A stretch of DNA of 64,000 nt from contig OY969474.1 of assembly GCA_963700145.1 (NCBI GenBank), forward strand, positions 4,832,001-4,896,000, written 5' to 3'. The notes under the pieces were generated by a model, which saw only the letters and a list, made by a program, of their open reading frames with translations, was not told the DNA's origin and did not search any database. Positions 1 through 7,961 of the stretch are shown here, piece after piece (positions within the stretch are counted from its first letter, which is position 1; each line of letters begins with the position of its first letter). The DNA is from an uncultured Acidobacteriota bacterium (lineage in GTDB: Bacteria; Acidobacteriota; Thermoanaerobaculia; Multivoradales; UBA5704). Position numbers and translations under genes: made by a program.

Positions 1-129
1 GCCGTCGCGGAAGACCACCGTGCGGAAGCCGTCCCATTTGGGCTCGAACTGCCAGCCCTCGCCCTCCGGCAGGGCCGGGGCGGACTTCGACAGCATGGGG
101 GCGAGCGGCGGGGCGAAGGGCAGGCGCAT
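1..129 (-). CDS. ligC: ATP-dependent DNA ligase (LigC-type), 5' part; runs off the window edge
   Basis: Manual translation from ATG at 129 gives MRLPFAPPLAPMLSKSAPALPEGEGWQFEPKWDGFRTVVFRDG. This contains the ligase motif I (KxDGxR) and the upstream PML motif. Confidence 0.8.
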   Translation of the reverse strand, partial: MRLPFAPPLAPMLSKSAPALPEGEGWQFEPKWDGFRTVVFRDG

Positions 130-139
130 GGCCTCCCCG

Positions 140-2203
140 TCAGGGATCGACGACGACCGGGATGCTCGGGCCGCCGGCGATGTCGAGCCGGTGCGCGCCG
201 GGGAGGGTATCGACCACGCCGAAGCCGGCGGTGAGAGGGACACCGTCGCGGGTGGCGGCGGTGCCGGTCCAGGCGTAGGCCAGGAAGGGGCCCAGCCGCG
301 CGCCGGGGGCGCCGGCACTCTGGATGGCGATGAGGACGCCTTCGGGCGGCGGCTGGAACTCGCGGGTATTCGGCTCCGTGCTCTTGTCGCAGGTGCCGAC
401 GACCAGCTTGTTGAGGCCCGCGACGTTGAGGCCTTGAGGGGCCGCGGTGTTGTGCACGTAGATGATGTCGCTCGTACCGGGGGGCACGTAGAAGCGGTTG
501 GCGTTGTAGCGCAGGCAGTTCACGGGCATCGACGACGGACCGACGTCCCGCAGCGGGATGTCCGCTTCGCGGGTGAAGAGGCTGCGCTGCACGGTCCCCG
601 CGACCGGATCGGTGTTCGACGGGATCGAATAGAGCGCGGCGCCCCGCCCGGCGGTGTTGCCGAGGAAGCGGCAGCCGTCGGCGTCGAGCGTCGAGCCGCG
701 CACCTGGATGGCGCCTCCCGAGAAGACGGCCGAGTTGCCGGCGAAGGTGGTGCCATAGAGGTTAGCGAGCGATGCCCCGACCAGCGACAGGCCGCCGCCG
801 GCGCCATTAGTGCCGCGGGCGCTGGAGCCGAGAACGAGCCCGTCGCGCATCTCCAGCTTGACCAGGTCGGCGCGGAGCGCGCCGCCGCTGGCGGCGGTGG
901 TCCCCCGCGCGTTCGCCGAGCAGCCGCTGAAGACCGTCCCTTCGAACACGACTTCGGCGCGGTTCGCCGCCAGCCCGCCCTGGGGGGGCACGCCACCGCC
1001 TGTCACCCGCGGGCCATCGCCTCCCGCCAGCAGGCAACCCCCGGAGAGGGCGCCGGCGAGGCCGGCGTCGAGCGGTCCCTGCAGGAGCGAGTCGCGGAGC
1101 ACGACGCGGGCGTTGGGGCGGTTGATGGCGCCGTTGTCGGTCGAGGGGTCCGACTGGTCGGCGGAGAGGGCGGCGATCGTGCCGCCGAAGCCGTCGCCGG
1201 CGCGGTGGTCGCGGAAGATCGTGCCCGTCGCGTCCAGCACCGCACGGTAGAGGTTGACGGCGGCGCCGACTGCGGCACTGTTGGCCTCGAAGGCGCTGTC
1301 GAAGACGGTGACGGTGACCTGGTCCTCGGCGTGGATGGCGCCGCCCTGGGTGTCCGAGGTCGCGCTCTGACCGGGCGCCGGGCCGGTGCGGTTGCGGAGG
1401 AAGGTCGTGCGCTCCAGGCGCACGGTGGTGCGCGGCGTCGTGCCCCAGGTGCCGAAGGCATAGAGCGCGCCGCCTACCCAGGCCGCCTCGTTGCCGGAGA
1501 AGAGGACGTCGGTGAAGCTGGCCGTCGAGTTGAAGAGATAGACCGCGCCGCCTACGGCGTTGGGGGTGTGCCCGGGCAGGTTGCTGCGGTTGTCCACGAA
1601 GCTGCCGCCGGTCGCCACCAGCGTCGAGCTCAGCACCTCGACGGCGCCGCCGCGGCGGGTCGAGCCATTCTTGTCAAAGGTGTTCTCCACGAGCGTCACG
1701 TGCGCGTTGCGGGCGAGGCGCAGGGCGCCGCCGCCGACCGACACCCCGGACGTTGTGTTGTCCGTGAAGTAGCAGCGGACGAAGCTCGCCTCGGCCGCCT
1801 CGACGGTGACGCCGCCGGCGTCGGTCTTGCCTAGCGTTGCCCGGCCACCCTGGAAGGTGAGGCGACGGAAGATGACCTTCTTGCCGCGCGAGCGGTTGCC
1901 GTTCTTGAAGCGCAGAACTGGCCGCTGGTCCCCACCATCGAGCACCACGGTGGCCTTTGGGACAGGCTGGATGGCGAACGACTTCCTCAGGTTGGCGATC
2001 AAGAAGCCGCCGGGGGGCGAGGGGTAGACCCCGCCGGCCATCTCGATGATGCAGCCGTCGGCGACGTTGCGGATGGCGGCGATGAGCTCGGCGGAGTTGT
2101 GGACGACGATCTTCTTGCACGGCGCCGCCGCGGCGGCGCCGGGAAGCGCCAGCGCGGCCGTGACGACCGCCGCCGCGGTCAGGAGGTGAAAGCGGGAGCG
2201 CAC
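140..2203 (-). CDS. Secreted beta-helix protein with Pmp-like GGA(I/L/V) and FxxN repeats
   Basis: 687-aa ORF with an Ala-rich signal peptide and repeated FxxN...GGA(I/L/V) units (FTDN..GGGAL, FDKN..GGAV, FSGN..GGAL, FEAN, FAGN..GGAI). Confidence 0.75.
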   Translation of the reverse strand: MRSRFHLLTAAAVVTAALALPGAAAAAPCKKIVVHNSAELIAAIRNVADGCIIEMAGGVYPSPPGGFLIANLRKSFAIQPVPKATVVLDGGDQRPVLRFKNGNRSRGKKVIFRRLTFQGGRATLGKTDAGGVTVEAAEASFVRCYFTDNTTSGVSVGGGALRLARNAHVTLVENTFDKNGSTRRGGAVEVLSSTLVATGGSFVDNRSNLPGHTPNAVGGAVYLFNSTASFTDVLFSGNEAAWVGGALYAFGTWGTTPRTTVRLERTTFLRNRTGPAPGQSATSDTQGGAIHAEDQVTVTVFDSAFEANSAAVGAAVNLYRAVLDATGTIFRDHRAGDGFGGTIAALSADQSDPSTDNGAINRPNARVVLRDSLLQGPLDAGLAGALSGGCLLAGGDGPRVTGGGVPPQGGLAANRAEVVFEGTVFSGCSANARGTTAASGGALRADLVKLEMRDGLVLGSSARGTNGAGGGLSLVGASLANLYGTTFAGNSAVFSGGAIQVRGSTLDADGCRFLGNTAGRGAALYSIPSNTDPVAGTVQRSLFTREADIPLRDVGPSSMPVNCLRYNANRFYVPPGTSDIIYVHNTAAPQGLNVAGLNKLVVGTCDKSTEPNTREFQPPPEGVLIAIQSAGAPGARLGPFLAYAWTGTAATRDGVPLTAGFGVVDTLPGAHRLDIAGGPSIPVVVDP

Positions 2204-2230
2204 ACCTCGAAAACGGGGCCGCCAACGAGG

Positions 2231-2698
2231 CTATTCCGCAATCCGCGCCGCTTTTTCTTCCAAGTCGCGGCGGTCCAGCTCCTCGAGGGGCAGCGCCGCC
2301 AGGCGCTCCACCCGGCCGGCGAGGGCGCGCGCGGCCTCCGCGAAGGCCGCCCGCCGCTCGGCCTCGTCCCCCTCGACCGCCGTCGGGTCCCGCATCCCCC
2401 AGTGCGTCACCGCGGTGCGCCCGGGCCAGAGGGGGCAGCTCTCGCGGACGTCGTCGCAGACGGTCACGACGAGGTCGAACTCGATGTCGGTCAGCTCGCG
2501 CCAGGACTTGCTGCGGGCGGCCGAGGCGTCGACGCCGTACTCCTCGCTCAGCACTTCGAGGGCCAGCGGGTGCACCTCGCCGCGCGGCTGCGAGCCGGCG
2601 CTCCAGGTCTCGAAGCGGTGGGGATCGAGGCGGCGGAGGAGGTGCTCGGCGAGGATGCTGCGCGCCGAGTTGCCGGTGCAGAGGAAGAGGACTTTCAC
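2231..2698 (-). CDS. arsC: Arsenate reductase / LMW protein-tyrosine-phosphatase family
   Basis: VLFLCTGNSARS P-loop, SAGS, VVTVCD...CP and HWGMRDP motifs. Confidence 0.85.
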   Translation of the reverse strand: MKVLFLCTGNSARSILAEHLLRRLDPHRFETWSAGSQPRGEVHPLALEVLSEEYGVDASAARSKSWRELTDIEFDLVVTVCDDVRESCPLWPGRTAVTHWGMRDPTAVEGDEAERRAAFAEAARALAGRVERLAALPLEELDRRDLEEKAARIAE

Positions 2699-2721
2699 CC
2701 GCGGCGGGCCGGCGGGCGACG

Positions 2722-3384
2722 CTAGCCCGTGGCGGCCTGGTGGCGGACGTCGCGCCCGGAGACGTAGTAGATGACGTCCTCGGCGATGTTCGTCGAGTGG
2801 TCGGCGATCCGCTCCAGGTTGCGCGAGATGAGCAGCAGGTGGAGCGCCCGCGTCACCTTCTCGCGGTCCTCGGTCATGTAGCCGAGCAGCTCGCAGAAGA
2901 GCTTCTTGTAGACGCCGTCCACCTCGTCGTCGCCGCGGCAGACGTCGATGGCGAGGCGGTCGTCGCGACGCACGAAGGCGTCGAGGCTCTGGCGCACCAT
3001 CGCCTGCACGAGCTGCGACTGGTGGGGGATGTCGACGTAGGGCTTGAAGACCGGCTCTTCGTTGAGCTTGACGACTGACTGCGCGATGTTGACCGCCGAG
3101 TCGCCGATCCGCTCGAGGTCGCTGTTGATCTTCATCACCGCGACGAGGAAGCGGAGGTCGACGGCGGTGGGCTGCTTGCGCGACAGGATGCTGTGGCAGT
3201 CCTCGTCGATCTCGATTTCGAGCAGGTCGATCTCGTGGTCGCGGTCGACGACGTCGCGGGCGAGCGGCGTGTCGCGGTCGACCAGCGCCTGGGTGGCGTC
3301 GGCGACCATCTTCTCGACCAGCCCGCCCATCCGCAGCAAGCTCTGACGGATGCGGTCGAGGTCGTAGTCGAGGTGCCGTTCCAT
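2722..3384 (-). CDS. phoU: Phosphate signalling complex protein PhoU
   Basis: Two repeats, KINSDLERIGD and SRNLERIADHSTNIAEDVIY. Start reassigned to ATG at 3384 (MERHLDYDL). Confidence 0.93.
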   Translation of the reverse strand: MERHLDYDLDRIRQSLLRMGGLVEKMVADATQALVDRDTPLARDVVDRDHEIDLLEIEIDEDCHSILSRKQPTAVDLRFLVAVMKINSDLERIGDSAVNIAQSVVKLNEEPVFKPYVDIPHQSQLVQAMVRQSLDAFVRRDDRLAIDVCRGDDEVDGVYKKLFCELLGYMTEDREKVTRALHLLLISRNLERIADHSTNIAEDVIYYVSGRDVRHQAATG

Positions 3385-3493
3385 GCGCCGTAATGCCTTT
3401 CGCCGTCGCATCTTACCCCCTGGGCATTCCGAGTGGAAGGACACGGCGGCGCCAAGCGGCGGGGAAGCGTGTGACAATCTCGCGGTGCCGCTC

Positions 3494-4303
3494 ATGTCCG
3501 TCGCCGCCTGGAAGAAGGAGACGAAGCGACCGCGCGCGCGCCTCGCCGTGGCGGCCGCCGCGCTCGCTCTCCTCGGCGGCGCGCCGGCGGCGGCCGAGGA
3601 GCTGTACGTCTTCGCCGCCGCCAGCCTGACCGAGGCGCTCGAGGAGCTGGCCGCGGCGCACGAGAAGCAGACCGGCACCAAGGTGCTGCTCAACCTCGGC
3701 GCCTCCAGCACGCTGGCGCGGCAGATCGAGGAGGGGGCCCCGGCCGACCTCTTCCTCTCCGCCGACGAGGCGAAGATGGACCACCTGGCGGCGCGCGGGC
3801 TGATCCTCCCCGGCAGCCGGCGGAGCGTCCTCTCGAACACGCTGGTCGTCGTGGTGCCGGCCGAGGACGGTCTGCCGATCGCCGCGCCGCGCGACCTCGC
3901 CGGGCCGCGAGTGAAAGCGATCGCTCTCGCCGAGCCGCAGACGGTGCCGGCCGGGATCTACGCCAAGCAGTACCTCGTCGGCCTGAAGCTCTGGGACGCG
4001 GTCGCCGCCCGCATCGTGCCGACCGAGAACGTGCGCGCCGCGCTCGCCGCGGTCGGCGCCGGCAATGCCGACGTCGGGATCGTCTACAAGACGGACGCGG
4101 CGATCTCGAAGGAGGTGCGGGTGGCCTTCGAAGTGCCGGCCGCCGAGGGGCCGCGCATCTCCTACCCCTTCGCCGTGGTGCGCGCCAGCCCGCGCCCGGA
4201 GGCGGCGCGCCGCTTCCTCGCCTTCCTCGACTCCGCCGCGGGGCGGGAGGTCTTCGCGCGGCGCGGGTTCCTCCTGCTGCCCCCGGCCCCGCCCCGCCCG
4301 TGA
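3494..4303 (+). CDS. modA: Molybdate ABC transporter substrate-binding protein
   Basis: VFAAASL, GASSTLARQIEEGAPADLFLSAD, VPAGIYA and VYKTDA motifs, plus a signal peptide. Start codon uncertain. Confidence 0.9.
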   Translation: MSVAAWKKETKRPRARLAVAAAALALLGGAPAAAEELYVFAAASLTEALEELAAAHEKQTGTKVLLNLGASSTLARQIEEGAPADLFLSADEAKMDHLAARGLILPGSRRSVLSNTLVVVVPAEDGLPIAAPRDLAGPRVKAIALAEPQTVPAGIYAKQYLVGLKLWDAVAARIVPTENVRAALAAVGAGNADVGIVYKTDAAISKEVRVAFEVPAAEGPRISYPFAVVRASPRPEAARRFLAFLDSAAGREVFARRGFLLLPPAPPRP

Positions 4304-4974
4304 GCGGGGAAGAGTGGCGGGTCGTCGCCTTCACCGTCCGCACCGCCGCCCTCGCCACCCTCGTCATCCTGCCGCCGGGCCTCGCCCTCGCCTGGCTCCT
4401 CGCCCGCCGCACCTGGCCCGGGAAGTCGCTGGTCGAGACCGCCGTCGCCCTGCCGCTGGTGGTGCCGCCGGTCGCCACCGGGTTGATCCTGCTCGAGCTG
4501 TTCGGCCGGCGTGGGCCGCTCGGCGCCTTCCTCCACGAGCGCCTGGGGATCGACGTCGTCTTCACCTGGCGGGCGGTGGTGCTGGCGATGGCGGTGATGT
4601 CGTTCCCGCTCCTGGTGCGCTCGGCGCGCACCGCCTTCGAGGGGGTGCCGCGGCGGCTGGAGCAGATCGCCCGCACGCTCGGCGCCGCCGGCCCGCGCGT
4701 CTTCTTCACGATCACCCTGCCGCTGGCGGCGCGCGGCGTCGTCGGCGGGACGCTCCTCGCCTTCGCCCGCGCGCTCGGCGAGTTCGGCGCCACGATCCTG
4801 GTCGCCGGCAACATCCCGGGGCGCACCTCGACGCTGTCGCTCTCGATCTACCAGCAGGTGCAGCTCGGCCGCGACGACCACGCCTTCCGCCTGCTCGCCG
4901 TGTCGGTGGCGGTCGCCTTCGCCGCGGTGTGGACGGGGGAGTGGCTGCTGCGCCGGCGGCCGGAGGGAGCGTGA
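4300..4974 (+). CDS. modB: Molybdate ABC transporter permease
   Basis: LPLVVPPVATG and FARALGEFGATILVAGNIPG motifs; GTGA overlap with modA. Confidence 0.93.
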   Translation: MSGEEWRVVAFTVRTAALATLVILPPGLALAWLLARRTWPGKSLVETAVALPLVVPPVATGLILLELFGRRGPLGAFLHERLGIDVVFTWRAVVLAMAVMSFPLLVRSARTAFEGVPRRLEQIARTLGAAGPRVFFTITLPLAARGVVGGTLLAFARALGEFGATILVAGNIPGRTSTLSLSIYQQVQLGRDDHAFRLLAVSVAVAFAAVWTGEWLLRRRPEGA

Positions 4975-5666
4975 GGCTGGCGCTGCGGTCGATCCGCCTG
5001 CCGCTCGCCGGCTTCGAGCTGGCGGTGGACGCGGAGCTCTCGGTGGACGTCACCGCCCTCTTCGGCCCCTCGGGCGCCGGCAAGACCGCGCTCCTCGACC
5101 TGGTGGCCGGGCTGCGCCGCGCTCCCTCGGCCTGGATCGCCCTCGACGGCCGCGTGCTCACCGACACCGCCGCCCGCTACGAGCTGCCCGCCCGCCGCCG
5201 CCGCATCGGCTACGTGCCGCAGGACGGGGCGCTCTTCCCGCACCTCTCGGTGCGCCGCAACCTCCTCTACGGCCACCGGCCGCCGCCGGGCGAGCCCACG
5301 CCGGTGACGCTGCAGCACGTCGCGGAGGTGCTGGAGATCGAGCCGCTGCTGGACCGCGGGATCGGCGCGCTGTCGGGCGGGGAGCGGCAGCGGGTGGCGC
5401 TGGCGCGCGCCCTCCTCTCCTCGCCGCGGCTGCTGCTGCTCGACGAGCCGCTCGCCGCCCTCGACCGCCCGCTCAAGGCGCGGATCCTGCCGTACCTCAA
5501 GCGCGTGCGCGCCGAGTTCGGGGTGCCGATGCTCTACGTCACCCACGACCCGGAGGAGGTGCTGGCGCTGTGCGAGGAGGTGCTGGTCTTGGAGCGCGGC
5601 AAGCTCGTGGCGCGCGGCGCGCCGCGGGAGATTCTCGGCCCGCCGTCACCACCCCCGACGACGTAG
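4971..5666 (+). CDS. modC: Molybdate ABC transporter ATPase (short, no TOBE domain)
   Basis: GPSGAGKT Walker A, LSGGERQRVALARAL, LLLLDEP and YVTHD motifs. The GTG start overlaps the modB stop. Confidence 0.88.
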   Translation: MRLALRSIRLPLAGFELAVDAELSVDVTALFGPSGAGKTALLDLVAGLRRAPSAWIALDGRVLTDTAARYELPARRRRIGYVPQDGALFPHLSVRRNLLYGHRPPPGEPTPVTLQHVAEVLEIEPLLDRGIGALSGGERQRVALARALLSSPRLLLLDEPLAALDRPLKARILPYLKRVRAEFGVPMLYVTHDPEEVLALCEEVLVLERGKLVARGAPREILGPPSPPPTT

Positions 5667-5693
5667 CGCCCGGCCCACGTGCCGGGCGTTTTT
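5667..5693 (+). terminator. Intrinsic terminator after modC
   Basis: cgcccggc-ccacgt-gccgggcg followed by ttttt, between convergent genes. Confidence 0.7.
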
Positions 5694-5694
5694 C

Positions 5695-6882
5695 TTACAA
5701 CGGCAGCCTGACGCGGAACGTCGACCCCTGCCCGGGCCGGCTCTCGACCTCGACCTGGCCGCCGTGGCTCTGCGCCACGTGCTTGACGATTGCGAGCCCG
5801 AGGCCGGTCCCCCCCTCCTCGCGCGCCCGGCCCTTGTCTACGCGGTAGAAGCGCTCGAAGAGGCGCGGCACGGCCTCGGGCGGGATGCCGATGCCGGTGT
5901 CGCGCACCTCGACGACGGCGCGCTCGCCGTCGCGCGCCAGGGCGAGCGTCACCGTGCCGTCGGGGCGGTTGTACTTGATCGCGTTGTCGAGGAGGTTGCA
6001 GAGGAGGCGCTCGAGGGCGTCGGCGTCGCCCGGCACCGGCGGCAGCGGCGCCGCCTCGAGCGCCAGCCGCACGCCGCGCTCCTCGGCCCGCCGCGCCACC
6101 AGCTCGAGAGCGCCGCGGGCGAGCCCCTCGAGGTCCACCGCCTCCGCCTCGACCGGCGGCCCGATGCTCTCCAGGCGCGACAACGTGAGGAGATCGGCGA
6201 GGAGCGCCTCCAGCCGCCGGCTCTGCTCGAGGATGCGGCCGGTGAAGCGGCGGGCGGTCTCGGGCTCGTCGAGCGCGCCGTCGCGCAGCGTCTCGGCGAA
6301 GCCGCGGATCGCCGAGAGCGGCGTCTTCAGCTCGTGCGAGACGTTGGCGACGAAGTCGCGCCGCGTCTCGGCGAGGCGCGTCGCGTCCGTGGTCTCGCGC
6401 GCCACCAGGACGGCGCCGCCGTCGGCGCCGGCGCCGTCGCGCAGCGGCGCGCCCGCCAGCGCGAAGGTCCGCCGCTCCGGGCCGCGCAGCACGAGCTCGC
6501 CTGCCTGCGGCGCGCCGGTCGCGAGGGTCGCCGCGACCAGCCCCGCCAGCTCGGGCTGCCGCACCAGCTCGAGGAGCGCCCGGCCGGCGACCTCGCCGTG
6601 CACCGCGAAGAGGCGGCGGAAGGCGGCGTTGGCGAGGAGCGCCCGGCCGTCCGCGCCGACGACCAGGACGCCGTCGGCCATCGCGGCGAGGATCGAACCC
6701 AGGAGGTCGCGCTCGGCGCGGGCCGCGGCGGCCTGGCGGTCGCTCTCCTCGGCGAGCCGCCGGGCCTCGGCCGCCAGCGGCGCCAGCCGCCCGGCGAAGC
6801 GGCGCTCGAGCCAGAGCCGCAGCAGGACCGCGGCGGCGGCGAGGGCGGCGAGGACGAGGCCGGCGGCGGCGGCGCGGCTCAC
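5695..6882 (-). CDS. phoR: Sensor histidine kinase PhoR-like (PAS-HisKA-HATPase)
   Basis: RRDFVANVSHELKTPL, NLLDNAIKYN and [27 protein letters not shown] motifs. Confidence 0.88.
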   Translation of the reverse strand: MSRAAAAGLVLAALAAAAVLLRLWLERRFAGRLAPLAAEARRLAEESDRQAAAARAERDLLGSILAAMADGVLVVGADGRALLANAAFRRLFAVHGEVAGRALLELVRQPELAGLVAATLATGAPQAGELVLRGPERRTFALAGAPLRDGAGADGGAVLVARETTDATRLAETRRDFVANVSHELKTPLSAIRGFAETLRDGALDEPETARRFTGRILEQSRRLEALLADLLTLSRLESIGPPVEAEAVDLEGLARGALELVARRAEERGVRLALEAAPLPPVPGDADALERLLCNLLDNAIKYNRPDGTVTLALARDGERAVVEVRDTGIGIPPEAVPRLFERFYRVDKGRAREEGGTGLGLAIVKHVAQSHGGQVEVESRPGQGSTFRVRLPL

Positions 6883-7592
6883 CGGCGCAGCCGGTACCCG
6901 ACCCCGATCACCGTCTCGATCCGCTCGGCCTCGGGGCCGAGCTTGCGCCGCAGGCGCCGGATGTGGGTGTCGACGGTGCGGCTGTCCACGTCCTCGGCGT
7001 AGCCCCAGACGTCGGCGAGGAGCTGGGCGCGGCTCTGCACCCGGCCGCCGCGCTCGAGCAGGAGCTTGAGGAGGCGGAACTCGGTGGCGGTCAGGGGCAC
7101 CTCCTCGCCGCGCACCCAGAGGCGGTGGGCGGCGGCGTCGAGCCGCACGCCGCCGCTCTCGATCGTCTCCTCCGGCGGGCCCTCGGGATGCCGGCGGCGG
7201 AGCACCGCCTTGATCCGCAGCACCACCTCGCGCGGGCTGAAGGGCTTGGTGATGTAGTCGTCGGCCCCGAGCTCGAGGCCGACGATCCGGTCCACCTCTT
7301 CACCCCGGGCGGTGAGCATGACGATGGGCACCCGGGCGGTCGAGCCGTCGCGCTTGAGGGCGCGGGTGATCTCCAGGCCGTCGACGCCGGGGAGCATGAG
7401 GTCGAGGAGGACGAGGTCGGGGGGCTCGCGGCGGATCGCCTCCAGTCCCTGCTCGCCGCGGCGGGCGGTCTCGACCGCGAACCCCTCCTTCTCGAGGTTG
7501 TACTGGAGCACTTCGACGATGTCCGGCTCGTCTTCGATGAGCAGGATGCGGTCGCGGGGCACGCTTGGAGAGCCTACCATCGGGGCGCTCAT
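6879..7592 (-). CDS. phoB: OmpR/PhoB-family response regulator
   Basis: ILLIEDE, LLDLMLPGVDG, GADDYITKPFS and RTVDTHIRRLRRKL motifs. It is the C-terminal part of the 6879..10190 ORF; start reassigned to 7592 (7580 is an alternative). Confidence 0.85.
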   Translation of the reverse strand: MSAPMVGSPSVPRDRILLIEDEPDIVEVLQYNLEKEGFAVETARRGEQGLEAIRREPPDLVLLDLMLPGVDGLEITRALKRDGSTARVPIVMLTARGEEVDRIVGLELGADDYITKPFSPREVVLRIKAVLRRRHPEGPPEETIESGGVRLDAAAHRLWVRGEEVPLTATEFRLLKLLLERGGRVQSRAQLLADVWGYAEDVDSRTVDTHIRRLRRKLGPEAERIETVIGVGYRLRR

Positions 7593-7961
7593 CGAGTTCT
7601 CCACAGGAGCTGCGGAAAAGTCTGTCGAAAAAGGGGTGGAAACGGGCCTGGAACCGGCCTCCCACCGCGGTTTTGACCGCTTTGAACAATCCCTTGTGCA
7701 AATCGCATAAGTGGCTGCCCTGCCGTACTTTGTATCTTTTGCTTCGGAAGCGGCCGGCGCGGCGCCGGGGACGGCCGGGCCAATTTCCGCAATGTCCCCC
7801 GGGGCGTCCCGTCCGCCGGTTCCATAAGTACCTGTACATGAGGAACTTACCGCTGCGCCCGCGGCGCGGCCGCGGCGATCCTGCAACGGCCGTGTGACAC
7901 CTTCGGCCCGCCTCCGGTCCGCCGCCGCGGAGCGCGGGCGGCGCGATAACATCCCCTTTCC

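Noticed and set aside
7597-7860. Replication origin
   Set aside because: The boxes are degenerate and there is no dnaA/dnaN context. It is kept only as a possible regulatory array.
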